Positions 9,172 to 19,144 of a stretch of DNA of 64,000 nt are shown here, piece by piece (within the stretch, counting starts at the first letter, position 1; every line of letters begins with the position of its first letter). The position numbers were made by a program, and so were the translations under genes. The notes under the pieces are model-generated. The model made no database searches. It saw nothing but the letters and a program-made list of their open reading frames with translations, and was not told where the DNA came from. The stretch covers positions 32,283-96,282 of the forward strand of contig JAFZZK010000048.1 of assembly GCA_017615795.1 (NCBI GenBank), written 5' to 3'. This DNA is from Bacteroidales bacterium. Its GTDB lineage: Bacteria; Bacteroidota; Bacteroidia; Bacteroidales; WCHB1-69.

Positions 9172-10077
9172 ATGATGAGGCGTAGATTTTTTTTGTTGAA
9201 GGACAAGAACCTTTTCGTCCAGTTGCTGTTTCTGGTCATTTTCGTCTTTTTGGGAATGACCATGTTCAGCGTGTTGGGACAGGGCGTGGCCTATTTGGCC
9301 TATCATACGATGGATTATCATACGGCAAGCAGTCCTGCCGGATACCTTCGCATTACACAGGCGTTCGGCACTGTGGGCGGGTTCTTGGTCCCTGCGTTGC
9401 TGTTTTCTTATTTCCACGATGGGAAATGGTTCAAGTTCCTGTCTGTTGACAGAAAACCCTATTATATTCTTGCAAATACGGTGCTGGTGATGTCTGTCAT
9501 GATATTGCCGGTGGTGGCGTTGCTGGAACAGTGGAACATGGCCATCCGTCTGCCTGAGTGGATGTCGGGTGTCGAGCAGTGGATGAGACAGATGGAAGAG
9601 TCGGCGGACAGCATTTCGGAGATTCTGATTGGCGATGTGACATACAGGACACTTATTGTTAATATAATAGTAATGGCTGCCCTGCCTGCAGTGTGTGAAG
9701 AATTCCTTTTTCGGGGCACGTTGCAAAATCTGTTGGAAGAGAAGATCGGCAAACCGCACTTGGCCATTTGGATGACGGCCATCATATTCAGTGCCATACA
9801 CTTGCAGTTCTATGGTTTCATCCCTCGAATGTTGCTCGGAGCCTATTTGGGTTATCTCTTGTATTGGAGTCGATCGTTGTGGCTGCCGATTTTGGCGCAT
9901 TTCCTGCATAATGCCATGTCTCTTCTCGTGTCGTTTACGTTCATGAAAAGAGGCGTCGACATCGATGACATGAAATATACCGACATACATGGTGCGACTA
10001 CGCTGGTTGTGTCGTGTGCCGTGGTGGTGGCAATGGGCCTTGCCTTTATGTGGCGTACGCAGAAAGAACTGAAGTGA
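9172..10077 (+). CDS. CPBP family intramembrane glutamic endopeptidase (CAAX protease-like)
   Basis: Multi-pass membrane protein with the three CPBP motifs EEFLFRG, FSAIH and HFLHN. Confidence 0.85.
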   Translation: MMRRRFFLLKDKNLFVQLLFLVIFVFLGMTMFSVLGQGVAYLAYHTMDYHTASSPAGYLRITQAFGTVGGFLVPALLFSYFHDGKWFKFLSVDRKPYYILANTVLVMSVMILPVVALLEQWNMAIRLPEWMSGVEQWMRQMEESADSISEILIGDVTYRTLIVNIIVMAALPAVCEEFLFRGTLQNLLEEKIGKPHLAIWMTAIIFSAIHLQFYGFIPRMLLGAYLGYLLYWSRSLWLPILAHFLHNAMSLLVSFTFMKRGVDIDDMKYTDIHGATTLVVSCAVVVAMGLAFMWRTQKELK

Positions 10078-11224
10078 TGCGGTCGAGGGCCTCCTTGACG
10101 ATAGCCCTGGGGGTGCCGATATTCATACGCATAAAGCCTTTACCATCAGGCCCGTAGTCGAGACCGCTGTTGAGGCCGACCTTGGCTTCGTATAGCATTT
10201 TGTCCACCAATTCTTTGTGGGAAAGTCCAAGCGCGTGGAAATCCATCCAGATAAGGAACGACGCCTCCGGGCGCATCATTGTCACTTGAGGGAGATACTT
10301 TTGAAGATATTGTTCCGTGAAATCAATATTTCCCTGCAGGTAATCTAACAGTTGCAGGCGCCACTCCTCGCCGTGACGGAAGGCTGCCTCGGCGGCGGTG
10401 TAGGCGAAGATGTTGCCTAAGGAGAGTTCGTTGGCATCCAGGAACCCGAAGAACTGTTTCTTGATTTCCGGGTCGGGTACGTAGCAGACGGATGAGGCCA
10501 GCCCCGCCATGTTGAAGGTTTTGCTCGGGGCAATGAAGGTGATGGAGTTGTGGAAGGCCACGTCCGACACGGTGGAGAATGAGGTGTGCTTATGGGGCGC
10601 GAAGGTCATGTCGGCATGGATTTCATCGGCGATGACCAAGACGTGCTGTCGGCGGCAGATTTCGGCGATCCGTCGCAGCTCTTCCGGAGACCAGACCCTG
10701 CCCCCGGGATTGTGGGGGTTGGCAAGGATGAAAACCTTGCACCCGCGGGCCTTCTCCTCGAAGTCCTCGAAGTCGATGGCGAAGCGTCCGTCCACGATGT
10801 GCAGTGGGCTGCTCACGAAGACGCGTCCGCTGTGGTGTGGCACGTTGAGAAAGGGTGGGTACACGGGTGTGGTGACTAAAACCTTGTCACCAGGCTGGGT
10901 GAAGGCCTGCAGCACAAAGGCGATGCCCTGCACGATGCCGGGGATGAAGTGCATGTTCTTCCATTGTGTGGTGATGCCGTAGTGAGTTTGCAGCCAGTTG
11001 GTGACGGCACAGACGTAGCTTTCGGAGAAGAAGGTGTAGCCCAACACCTCGTGGTCGCAGCGCTTGCGGATGGCATCGAGGATGAAGTCGGGGGTCTTGA
11101 AGTCCATGTCGGCCACCCACATGGGCAAAAGGTCGTCGGTGCCGAAGAACTGTTTGAGCATATCGTGTTTCACGCAGTGGGTGCCGCGGCGGGGGACGAT
11201 TTCGTCGAAATTATAAACAGGCAT
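10046..11224 (-). CDS. PLP-dependent C-S lyase / aminotransferase, MalY/PatB family
   Basis: 392 aa. The N-terminus MPVYNFDEIVPRRGTHCVKHD and class I/II aminotransferase layout are typical of PatB/MalY cystathionine beta-lyases. The 3' end overlaps the convergent CPBP gene by 32 bp. Confidence 0.8.
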   Translation of the reverse strand: MPVYNFDEIVPRRGTHCVKHDMLKQFFGTDDLLPMWVADMDFKTPDFILDAIRKRCDHEVLGYTFFSESYVCAVTNWLQTHYGITTQWKNMHFIPGIVQGIAFVLQAFTQPGDKVLVTTPVYPPFLNVPHHSGRVFVSSPLHIVDGRFAIDFEDFEEKARGCKVFILANPHNPGGRVWSPEELRRIAEICRRQHVLVIADEIHADMTFAPHKHTSFSTVSDVAFHNSITFIAPSKTFNMAGLASSVCYVPDPEIKKQFFGFLDANELSLGNIFAYTAAEAAFRHGEEWRLQLLDYLQGNIDFTEQYLQKYLPQVTMMRPEASFLIWMDFHALGLSHKELVDKMLYEAKVGLNSGLDYGPDGKGFMRMNIGTPRAIVKEALDRITSVLSAYAT

Positions 11225-11252
11225 AGTTTCAGTATATTATCGTAATAATGTG

Positions 11253-11260
11253 CAAAAATA
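11253..11260 (-). promoter_or_regulatory. -7 box (TATTTTTG) for the patB-like gene
   Basis: Reverse complement of caaaaata, about 30 nt upstream of ATG 11224. Confidence 0.5.
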
Positions 11261-11304
11261 AGAAAAAAATGGGATGCTTCTTTCCCATTCAGAAAGAAAT
11301 ATTG

Positions 11305-11312
11305 TATCTTTG
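11305..11312 (+). promoter_or_regulatory. -7 box (TATCTTTG) for ddh
   Basis: attgTATCTTTGcaa lies about 22 nt upstream of ATG 11334 and is divergent from the patB promoter. Confidence 0.5.
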
Positions 11313-11333
11313 CAATTTTTAAAATAATAAGAT

Positions 11334-12194
11334 ATGCAAACGAAAATCGCCATCATAGGTTATGGCAACATAGGAAAGGCCGTGGAACAGGCTGTCCTGG
11401 CCGCTGACGATATGCAGTTGGCCGGCATTTACCACCACAATGACAACTTGGATGCGCTGGACGCCGACGTGGCCGCGCTCTGCACGCCCACCCGCGAGGT
11501 GCCGGCGTTCGCGGAGAAACTGCTGCGCAAGGGCATCTCTACCGTGGACAGCTTTGATATCCACGGGCAGATCTTCGACCTGCGCAAGCGTCTCACCCCC
11601 ATTGCAAAGGAGCATCAGGCGGTCAGCGTCATCGCTGCCGGCTGGGATCCGGGCTCCGACTCTGTGGTGCGCGCCCTGTTGCTGGCATTGGCCCCCAAGG
11701 GCATCACCTACACCAACTTCGGTCCGGGCCGCAGTATGGGCCATACCGTGGCCGCCAAGGCCATCCCCGGCGTGAAGGACGCGCTTTCGATGACCATCCC
11801 GCTCGGCACGGGTATCCATCGCCGTATGGTGTATGTGGAACTGGAGGCGGGCGCCGACTTCGCCACGGTGGAGAAACTGCTGCTGCAGGACGACTATTTT
11901 GCCCACGACGAGACACACGTCATCCCCGTGCCTTCCATCGACGCGCTCAACAATGTGGCCCATGGCGTGCATCTGACACGTTCCGGCGTGAGCGGCGAAA
12001 CCCATAACCAGCACTTTGAGTTCGATATGGAGATCAACAACCCCGCCCTCACGGGTCAGGTGCTCGTGTCGTGCGCCCGTGCCGCGGTGCGTATGCGGGC
12101 CGAACAGCGCCACGGCGCCTTCACGATGATTGAAATTCCGCCGATTTACCTGCTCCCCGGCGACGAGGAACAGCTAATTCGCTCGTTAGTGTAG
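11334..12194 (+). CDS. ddh: meso-Diaminopimelate D-dehydrogenase
   Basis: 286 aa. Rossmann N-terminus KIAIIGYGNIGKAVEQAV. Size and sequence are typical of Bacteroidales Ddh. Confidence 0.8.
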   Translation: MQTKIAIIGYGNIGKAVEQAVLAADDMQLAGIYHHNDNLDALDADVAALCTPTREVPAFAEKLLRKGISTVDSFDIHGQIFDLRKRLTPIAKEHQAVSVIAAGWDPGSDSVVRALLLALAPKGITYTNFGPGRSMGHTVAAKAIPGVKDALSMTIPLGTGIHRRMVYVELEAGADFATVEKLLLQDDYFAHDETHVIPVPSIDALNNVAHGVHLTRSGVSGETHNQHFEFDMEINNPALTGQVLVSCARAAVRMRAEQRHGAFTMIEIPPIYLLPGDEEQLIRSLV

Positions 12195-12275
12195 TCTTTG
12201 CCGCGGATTGCGGGGATCACGAGGAAAATTATCCGCGCAGATCCTTGATATCCGTGGAGAAATCAACAAACCAAT

Positions 12276-12307
12276 AAAAAAGACGGGACCTTGCGGCCCC
12301 GTCTTTT
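12276..12307. terminator. Bidirectional intrinsic terminator between convergent ddh and rocD
   Basis: aaaaaaGACGGGaccttgcggcCCCGTCtttt: a GC stem flanked by an A-tract on one side and a T-tract on the other. Confidence 0.65.
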
Positions 12308-12328
12308 GTGTTATGGAAAATAGGTTTC

Positions 12329-13555
12329 TTATTCGAAAGAGAGGATAGCCTCTTTGATGCGGGAGATGGCATCTCTGAGTTCTTCTTCGCTGATGACCAA
12401 TGGAGGAGCGAAACGGATGATGTGCTGGTGGGTCGGTTTGGCGAGCACGCCGAGTTCTTTCATCTTCACGCAGACATCCCAGGCTTCCTTGCCGTTGGTG
12501 GGTTGGATGATGACGGCGTTGAGGAGGCCCTTGCCGCGGATTTGTTTGATGAGCGGGCTGTTGACCTTGTTCATCTCGTCGCGGAAGATCTTGCCGAGGT
12601 ATTCGGCGCGTTCGGCGAGCTTTTCCTCTTTCACCACTTCGAGGGCGGCGATACCGACACGGCAGGCAATGGGGTTGCCGCCGAAGGTGGAACCGTGCTC
12701 ACCGGGCTTGATGTTCAGCATGATGTCGTCGTCGGCCAGAACTGCGGAAACGGGCATGGTGCCGCCGGAGAGGGCCTTGCCGAGAATGAGGATGTCGGGA
12801 CGCACGCCTTCGTGGTCGCAGGCCAGCATCTTGCCGGTACGGGCGATGCCGGTTTGCACCTCGTCGGCCATGAATAGCACGTTGTGTGCCTTGCAGAGGT
12901 CGTAGCATTTTTTGAGGTATCCGTCATCGGGAACGTAAACACCAGCCTCGCCTTGGATGGGTTCCACGAGGAAACCGCACACCATGGGATCTTCGAGGGC
13001 CTTGGCCAAAGCATCGACGTCGTTGTACGGGATCTTGATGAATCCAGGGGTGAACGGGCCGAATCCAGCGTAGGCGTCGGGATCGATGGAGAGGGAGATG
13101 ATGGTGATGGTACGTCCGTGGAAGTTGCCTTCGCAGACGATGATCTTGGCCTGGTTCTCGGGGATGCCTTTTTTGTCATAACCCCAGCGGCGGGCCAGCT
13201 TCAAGGCAGTCTCGTCGGCTTCAGCACCGGAGTTCATCGGGAGAACTTTGTCATAGCCAAAAGTCTCGGTGACATATTTCTCGTACGGGCCGAGGCAGTC
13301 GTTGTAGAAAGCGCGGGAGGTCAGGCAAACCTTCTGGCACTGGTCCATCATGGCAGCGATGATCTTCGGGTGGCAGTGGCCCTGGTTGACGGCAGAGTAG
13401 GCGGAGAGGAAATCGTAATACTTTTTGCCTTCCACGTCCCAGACGAACGGACCTTGGCCGCGGGAGATAACCACGTCCAGCGGATGATAGTTGTGGGCGC
13501 CGTAACGGGCTTCCATGTCAATGGCTTGCTGACTTGTTGTAATTTTTTCTACCAT
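12329..13555 (-). CDS. rocD: Ornithine--oxo-acid aminotransferase
   Basis: 408 aa. [51 protein letters not shown] is a close match to the ornithine aminotransferase N-terminal region. Class III PLP transaminase. Confidence 0.85.
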   Translation of the reverse strand: MVEKITTSQQAIDMEARYGAHNYHPLDVVISRGQGPFVWDVEGKKYYDFLSAYSAVNQGHCHPKIIAAMMDQCQKVCLTSRAFYNDCLGPYEKYVTETFGYDKVLPMNSGAEADETALKLARRWGYDKKGIPENQAKIIVCEGNFHGRTITIISLSIDPDAYAGFGPFTPGFIKIPYNDVDALAKALEDPMVCGFLVEPIQGEAGVYVPDDGYLKKCYDLCKAHNVLFMADEVQTGIARTGKMLACDHEGVRPDILILGKALSGGTMPVSAVLADDDIMLNIKPGEHGSTFGGNPIACRVGIAALEVVKEEKLAERAEYLGKIFRDEMNKVNSPLIKQIRGKGLLNAVIIQPTNGKEAWDVCVKMKELGVLAKPTHQHIIRFAPPLVISEEELRDAISRIKEAILSFE

Positions 13556-13684
13556 AATTATTGTATTTTAAAGATTTGTTTGTTGTCAAAAAAGCGGGTG
13601 CAAAGATAAGAAAAAATCGTGTTGGATGGTTGCCGTAATTTTCTCTTTCTTGTTGGGGAAACAGATTTTTTGAGTGAAGAGAGG

Positions 13685-14482
13685 TCAGTCCTTGAGGCAT
13701 CGCACGGAAAGACCGTAGTAGAGGCTGCACTCTTTGGCGTCGGCCCCTGTGGCGTCGTATCCGATGGCGCGTCCGGCGCCAAAATGCTCGGCGCTGCGCA
13801 TGGTCGTCCAGAAATAGGCGTACTTTCCGATGTCGCTATAGTTGCCGAAGACAAAATAGCCCGCAGGAATGGCACAGAAGCCGGTGACGTCGTTGCGCTG
13901 CTGGTCGTTGCCGACGGCATGGTACACGCGCGAGCTGTCCCAGCCGGACATGGCGGCCAACGCTTTCCCGATGGAAAGACTGTACTCCATGTATTGTTCG
14001 TTGTCCTGGATGTTGTCGGTGAGTTGGCGCCATTCGGTGTTGGAGGGCACGTGCCAGCCGTCGGGGCAGATGCCTTGCACCCCGGAGGGCGCGTCGTTGC
14101 TGTGGCGGCTGCCGTGCATCACCGCCGCCCAGTTGTAAAGCCGCCCCATGGCCTCGACGTTCTCCTCGATGCCGCCCGGCGCGTAGCGATAGGGTAGCGT
14201 GTCGCTGATGTCCGACTCGCTGCCGGCGGGTATCGGTGTGCCGTCGGCATAATGCGTGGACTTCAGGTTGGTGGCCATCCACAGCTGGTCGCCAATGACG
14301 ACGGCATCGTAACTGTTGCCGTCATAGTCTGTCACAGCATCCTCAAACATCACGACAGGCATCCTTGTAGGCTCGTGTTTGCAGGAGGCCAGGACAATGG
14401 CGCAAATGACAATCCCGAAAAAGATCTTTATGACAGGGAAAGGAATGCTCCAATGGGACATGTTGTTTTTTGTATTTTGCAT
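13685..14482 (-). CDS. FISUMP-domain lipoprotein (Fibrobacter succinogenes major paralogous domain)
   Basis: Lipobox ...IVLASC. Motifs DGNSYDAVVIGDQLWMATNL, LYNWAAV, CPDGWHVPSNTEWRQL, GFCAIPAGY and C-terminal SVRCLKD. Confidence 0.85.
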   Translation of the reverse strand: MQNTKNNMSHWSIPFPVIKIFFGIVICAIVLASCKHEPTRMPVVMFEDAVTDYDGNSYDAVVIGDQLWMATNLKSTHYADGTPIPAGSESDISDTLPYRYAPGGIEENVEAMGRLYNWAAVMHGSRHSNDAPSGVQGICPDGWHVPSNTEWRQLTDNIQDNEQYMEYSLSIGKALAAMSGWDSSRVYHAVGNDQQRNDVTGFCAIPAGYFVFGNYSDIGKYAYFWTTMRSAEHFGAGRAIGYDATGADAKECSLYYGLSVRCLKD

Positions 14483-14572
14483 TTTTATATTTGTGAGGTT
14501 TCAGCTGGCAAAATTAATCAAAAAGTCAAATATTTTCGTAATTTTGTACACTTTTTTCTTAAAGAGTTCTAT

Positions 14573-15328
14573 ATGCTGAAAGACAGTAAGATATGCGTGG
14601 TGCTCCCAGCCTATAACGCGGCACGGACGTTGCAACAGACATACGATGAGATTCCTCGTGACATCGTGGACGAGGTGATTTTGGTTGACGACCACTCTTC
14701 CGACGAGACTATCGAGGTCGCACAAAACTTGGGCATACGGCACATTATCCGGCATGAGTCCAACAAAGGCTACGGCGGCAACCAGAAAACCTGCTACGAC
14801 AAGGCCCTCGAACTCGGCGCCGACGTGGTGGTGATGCTGCATCCTGACTACCAATACACTCCAAAACTCATAGAGTCGATGTGCTACATCATTGTCAATG
14901 GCGTCTATCCCGTCGTGCTGGGGTCGCGCATCCTGGGCATGGGGGCGCGCAAGGGCGGCATGCCCCTCTATAAGTATTTCTTCAACCGATGCTTGACGTT
15001 TTTCCAAAATGTCTTGATGCACCAGAAACTCTCGGAGTATCATACGGGTTATCGCGCCTTTTCTGCTGAGGTGCTGCGTAATATACGCTACCACAACAAC
15101 TCTGACGACTTTGTCTTTGACAACCAGATGCTGGCGCAAATCTTCTATGCCGGCTATGAAATTGCTGAGGTGACATGCCCCACGAAATATTTTCCCGATG
15201 CCTCCTCCATCAATTTCCGCCGTAGTACCCAATATGGCCTCGGTGTGCTATGGACTGCCGTTCAGTATCGCCTGCAGAAATGGCATCTGGGTAAATTTAA
15301 AATCTTTGAAAAATGCCGAAACAAATAG
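14573..15328 (+). CDS. Family 2 glycosyltransferase
   Basis: Start set at MLKDSKICVVLPAYNAARTL (ATG 14573; a TAATTTTG box lies at 14539-14546). The DxD-type region ILVDDHSSDET is present. The ORF-track start at 14252 overlaps the FISUMP gene and promoter. Confidence 0.8.
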   Translation: MLKDSKICVVLPAYNAARTLQQTYDEIPRDIVDEVILVDDHSSDETIEVAQNLGIRHIIRHESNKGYGGNQKTCYDKALELGADVVVMLHPDYQYTPKLIESMCYIIVNGVYPVVLGSRILGMGARKGGMPLYKYFFNRCLTFFQNVLMHQKLSEYHTGYRAFSAEVLRNIRYHNNSDDFVFDNQMLAQIFYAGYEIAEVTCPTKYFPDASSINFRRSTQYGLGVLWTAVQYRLQKWHLGKFKIFEKCRNK

Positions 15329-15384
15329 AGAAGGCCACAGAGGAATGAATAGTGCAAGTTGTAATCGGATATGTAAGAGTAGAC

Positions 15385-15846
15385 ATGAACGAAAAAGAAA
15401 AAAAATATGATCTCCTGTTGCGGCAGGTCCAGTCCTTGGCCGAAGGCGAGGCCGATGTCATAGCACTTATGGCCAATATGGCTGCCGTTATACACGAAAC
15501 GTTCCGGTTCTGGTGGACAGGGTTCTACCGGGTGATCGGCGATGAGCTGGTGCTGGGGCCATTCCAAGGACCTTTGGCTTGCACGCGTATTGCTCGCGGT
15601 CGCGGCGTCTGCGGCACGGCCTGGCAGGAGGCCCGCACGATCGTGGTTCCCGACGTCCATCAATTCAAGGGACATATAGCCTGTAGCAGCGCCTCCCAAA
15701 GCGAAATTGTGGTCCCCGTTTTCAAGGACCATGAGGTCGTTGCGGTATTGGACATTGACAGCGACCGCCTTGATGTCTTCGATGAGACGGACCGAATCTG
15801 GCTGGAGAAAATCGTAGCCTTCCTGGCTTCGAAATTTGAACACTAA
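15385..15846 (+). CDS. GAF domain protein (free methionine-R-sulfoxide reductase-like)
   Basis: Start at MNEKEKKYDLLL. GFYRVIGDELVLGPFQGPLACTRIARGRGVCGTAW and KGHIACSSASQSEIVVP match the fRMsr/YebR GAF family. Confidence 0.75.
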   Translation: MNEKEKKYDLLLRQVQSLAEGEADVIALMANMAAVIHETFRFWWTGFYRVIGDELVLGPFQGPLACTRIARGRGVCGTAWQEARTIVVPDVHQFKGHIACSSASQSEIVVPVFKDHEVVAVLDIDSDRLDVFDETDRIWLEKIVAFLASKFEH

Positions 15847-15880
15847 ACATCTTTAGTACCCCCATAATCCCCAAAATATC

Positions 15881-17374
15881 ATGGATAAGACAGAATTCAC
15901 TCCCCAAGACCTGGAATTTATGCGCCGTCGCGGCAGCGACCCCGCCGTTGTTAAACACCAACTCGAATGCTTCCGTCAGGGATTCGGCTTCGCCGATCTG
16001 GATCGTGCCGCCACCCTCGACGACGGCATCCTCCGCCTTGACCCCGATGTGGTTGACGAGCTTTGCGAAGATTACCCCCACACGCTCGGCGGCAAGAAAG
16101 TCCTCAAGTTTGTGCCCGCTTCAGGCGCCGCTTCCCGCATGTTCAAGGAACTGTATTCCTATTTGACGGACGATTCCCCCGAGACGCGGCAAAAGGCACT
16201 CAATTTCTTGGAAAAATTGCCCAAGTTCCCCTTCTATGAAGCATTGGGTGCAGCTCTGGCCAAGGATGGTTACGACATGGCCGCTGAAACTAAGGCCCAA
16301 AACTACAAGCTCATCGTTCGCTATCTGTTGGAATCCGAAGGTCTCAACTACGGTAACCAACCCAAGGGGCTTCTGCTGTTCCACCGCTATCCCGACAAGA
16401 TTCGCACTGCCGTGGAGGAACATCTCGTCGAGGCTGCGCTTTATGCCCGGAACGACGACGAGTGCCACCTGCACTTTACGGTCTCCCCGCAGCACCAAGC
16501 CGGATTTGAGGCTTTGTTGGACAGGGTGGTGCCTCTCTATGAAAAACAATATGGCGTAAAATACCACATCGACTTTTCCATTCAAGACCCTGCCACGGAC
16601 ACGGTGGCCGCAGAACTTGACAATTCCCCCTTCCGCGACGAGAAGGGCGACCTGCTCTTCCGTCCCGCCGGCCATGGCGCCCTCATCCACAATATGGACA
16701 AACTTGACGCCGACGTGGTTTTTGTCAAGAATATCGACAACGTCATCACGGAAGAGCGTGTGGAACCCACCGTACGTTACAAGAAAGCCTTGGCTGCCCA
16801 TCTCCTGCAGCTGCAGGCGCGCACCTTCCAATACCTCCGTCTGCTCGAAGCCGGCGAGGTGGACGATATGATGCTCTGTGAGATTCTTGATTTTGCCGAG
16901 AGCGATCTCATGATCTCTCTGGGCGAGGATGTTACGAGAGAAATGTTGTACGACAAGCTCAATCGTCCCATCCGCGTGTGCGGCATGGTCAAGAACGAAG
17001 GCGAACCCGGCGGCGGCCCCTTCTGGGTTACCAATGCCGATGGCGAAACATCCCTCCAAATCGTCGAGTCCTCCCAAATCGACAAGAACGATCCCGAGCA
17101 GATGGATATCATGACCCACGCCACGCATTTCAATCCCGTGGATATGGTTTGCGGCCTCAAGGACTACAAGGGCAACCGCTTCGACCTCACCCGCTACGTG
17201 GATCCGGCTACTGGCTTCATCTCCTCCAAGTCATACGGCGACCGTACCCTCAAGGCCCTCGAACTGCCTGGCCTTTGGAACGGCGCCATGAGCCGCTGGA
17301 TAACGATCTTCGTCGAAGTCCCCATCGAGACCTTCAATCCCGTCAAAACGGTGTTCGATCTCCTGAGGAGATAA
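15881..17374 (+). CDS. DUF4301 family protein (nucleotidyltransferase-like)
   Basis: 497 aa. The N-terminus FTPQDLEFMRRRGSDPAVVKHQLECFRQGFGFADLDRAATLDDGILRL resembles what I recall of Bacteroidota DUF4301 proteins. Confidence 0.6.
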   Translation: MDKTEFTPQDLEFMRRRGSDPAVVKHQLECFRQGFGFADLDRAATLDDGILRLDPDVVDELCEDYPHTLGGKKVLKFVPASGAASRMFKELYSYLTDDSPETRQKALNFLEKLPKFPFYEALGAALAKDGYDMAAETKAQNYKLIVRYLLESEGLNYGNQPKGLLLFHRYPDKIRTAVEEHLVEAALYARNDDECHLHFTVSPQHQAGFEALLDRVVPLYEKQYGVKYHIDFSIQDPATDTVAAELDNSPFRDEKGDLLFRPAGHGALIHNMDKLDADVVFVKNIDNVITEERVEPTVRYKKALAAHLLQLQARTFQYLRLLEAGEVDDMMLCEILDFAESDLMISLGEDVTREMLYDKLNRPIRVCGMVKNEGEPGGGPFWVTNADGETSLQIVESSQIDKNDPEQMDIMTHATHFNPVDMVCGLKDYKGNRFDLTRYVDPATGFISSKSYGDRTLKALELPGLWNGAMSRWITIFVEVPIETFNPVKTVFDLLRR

Positions 17375-17386
17375 TATTATAAAAGG

Positions 17387-17437
17387 AAGTCAGGAATTGG
17401 AATTTGCAGACATCCGTTCCTGACTTCTGATTTTCCC
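17387..17437 (+). terminator. Putative terminator hairpin after the DUF4301 gene
   Basis: GGAAGTCAGGAA ...20 nt... TTCCTGACTTC followed by tgatttt. The large loop makes this weaker than a classic terminator. Confidence 0.4.
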
Positions 17438-17447
17438 AATCCCATTT

Positions 17448-18152
17448 ATGAAGGATTCAGCCATCATTTTCAGTTTCTTGGCGGATTTGGTGTCCCATAA
17501 CAACCGCGATTGGTTTCAAGCGAACAAGTCTGCGTACGACAAGGCATGGGGTGTTTTTAACGATTTTTTGGAAGAGTTGATAGCTGAAATAGGCAAGTTT
17601 GAGCCGGCTGTCGCCTATCTTACCCCAAAGGATTGTACGTACCGTATTTACAGGGACTTGCGTTTTTCGCCAGACAAGACTCCCTATAAAGGACATTTCG
17701 GTGCCTACATCAACGAGTGTGGCAAGAAGGCTTTTTATGGCGGCTATTATATCCAGTTGGAGCCGCGACAGGCATTTCTCGCCAGTGGTGTGTGGTGGCT
17801 GCCTACCAAGGAATTGCGTGCCTTGCGGCAGGCCATCATTGACCAGTCCGACACCTACGGCAAGATTGTGAATAATCCTGATTTTAAGGAGATTTGTCCT
17901 GTCATAGGCATGGAGTTCTACAAACGGATGCCCAATGATGTGCCTAAGGATTATCCGCATCCTGAATATGTTATGTGCAAGAACTATACATGTAGTACGA
18001 GCTTGACACCAGAACAGTTTCAGAAGGCAGCCATAAAAGAAATCGCTGAAAAGTTCCGTTTGATGAAGCCTTTCAACGATTTCCTGAAAGAAAACATCCT
18101 CATCAACCTCGAAGAGATGGAGGGGATGAAGGATGTTGTGAAATTCATATAG
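17448..18152 (+). CDS. DUF2461 (TIGR02453) family protein
   Basis: FLADLVSHNNRDWFQANKSAYDKAW and YRIYRDLRFSPDKTPYK are the characteristic motifs. Confidence 0.8.
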   Translation: MKDSAIIFSFLADLVSHNNRDWFQANKSAYDKAWGVFNDFLEELIAEIGKFEPAVAYLTPKDCTYRIYRDLRFSPDKTPYKGHFGAYINECGKKAFYGGYYIQLEPRQAFLASGVWWLPTKELRALRQAIIDQSDTYGKIVNNPDFKEICPVIGMEFYKRMPNDVPKDYPHPEYVMCKNYTCSTSLTPEQFQKAAIKEIAEKFRLMKPFNDFLKENILINLEEMEGMKDVVKFI

Positions 18153-18183
18153 GGGATGCACGGTCGTGCAATCCTACATACTC

Positions 18184-19014
18184 TTAATTTTTCTTAAGAC
18201 CGAGGATGACGCGGGCCTCGTCGGAGGTGGCGACTTCGCGGCCAAGGAGCTTGGCCATGCGGACGACTTTGTCGACGAGCTCGCCGTTGGACTTGGCCAG
18301 AACGCCCTTTTCGAGGTAGAGGTTGTCCTCGAAGCCGACGCGCACGTTGCCGCCCATGACGATGGTCGGAGCGGCGAGGGTGAAGGCATGGCGACCGATG
18401 CCGGTGCTGGTCCAGGTGGAGCCGGCGGGGATGTTCTTCACGAGCCAGCAGAGGTTGTCCACGGTGGCGGGGGTGCATCCGGGCACGCCAAGCACGAAGT
18501 TGAACTGCATGGGGGCGCCGGGCACCTGGCCTTTGCGGGCCATGGTCAGGATGGTGTCGAGGTGACCCATCTCAAAGCACTCGTATTCGGGCTTGATGCC
18601 GCGTTCCAGCATGCGTTTGCCGAAGGCGCGCATGGTCGGCATGGTGTTGTCGAAGATCTCGTCGCCGAAATTGCAGGTGCCGCAGTCGAGTGTGGCCATC
18701 TCCGGGATGGGGGTCGTGTCGGTGGACTGGAGGCGTTCCTCGGGGCTCATGCCGACGGCACCGCCCGTGGAGGGGATCAGGATGACGTTGGGACAGGCCT
18801 TGTAGATGGCGTCTTCGCACTCCTGGAAGCGGGCACGGCTCTGGGTGGGCGTGCCGTCGTCCTCGCGGACATGCAGATGCACAATGGCGGCACCGGCATC
18901 CACAGCCGACTTGGCTTCCTTCACGATTTCCTCAACCGTATAGGGTACCGCAGGGTTCTGTTCCTTGGTGACTTCCGCGCCGCAAATGGCAGCGGTAATT
19001 ATCAGTTTTTCCAT
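18184..19014 (-). CDS. kce: 3-keto-5-aminohexanoate cleavage enzyme (BKACE/DUF849 family)
   Basis: 276 aa. MEKLIITAAICGAEVTKEQNPAVPYTVEEIVKEAKSAVDAGAAIVHLHVRE is typical of Kce/BKACE TIM-barrel enzymes. Confidence 0.8.
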   Translation of the reverse strand: MEKLIITAAICGAEVTKEQNPAVPYTVEEIVKEAKSAVDAGAAIVHLHVREDDGTPTQSRARFQECEDAIYKACPNVILIPSTGGAVGMSPEERLQSTDTTPIPEMATLDCGTCNFGDEIFDNTMPTMRAFGKRMLERGIKPEYECFEMGHLDTILTMARKGQVPGAPMQFNFVLGVPGCTPATVDNLCWLVKNIPAGSTWTSTGIGRHAFTLAAPTIVMGGNVRVGFEDNLYLEKGVLAKSNGELVDKVVRMAKLLGREVATSDEARVILGLKKN

Positions 19015-19144
19015 TTATTAAACTACTAAATTATTAAACTATTAAAAATTAAACTATTAAGCTATTAAATGTAAAATCAATAATCATAAGAACATGTCTG
19101 CTCCATTAATGATTTAATGGTTTAATAACTTAATGACTTTATAA
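19015..19144. repeat. AT-rich spacer made of 8-bp periodic TAYTAANN / TTAATNNN units between kal and kce
   Basis: Units TATTAAAC/TACTAAAT/TATTAAAC/TATTAAAA/(ATTAAAC)/TATTAAGC/TATTAAAT start at 19016, 19024, 19032, 19040, 19048, 19055 and 19063. Units TTAATGAT/TTAATGGT/TTAATAAC/TTAATGAC start at 19106, 19114, 19122 and 19130. Confidence 0.8.

Noticed and set aside
10046-10077. A 32-bp overlap of the convergent CPBP and patB-like genes as a possible antisense regulatory feature.
   Set aside because: Short 3' overlaps of convergent genes are common. Nothing else in the sequence supports a specific mechanism.
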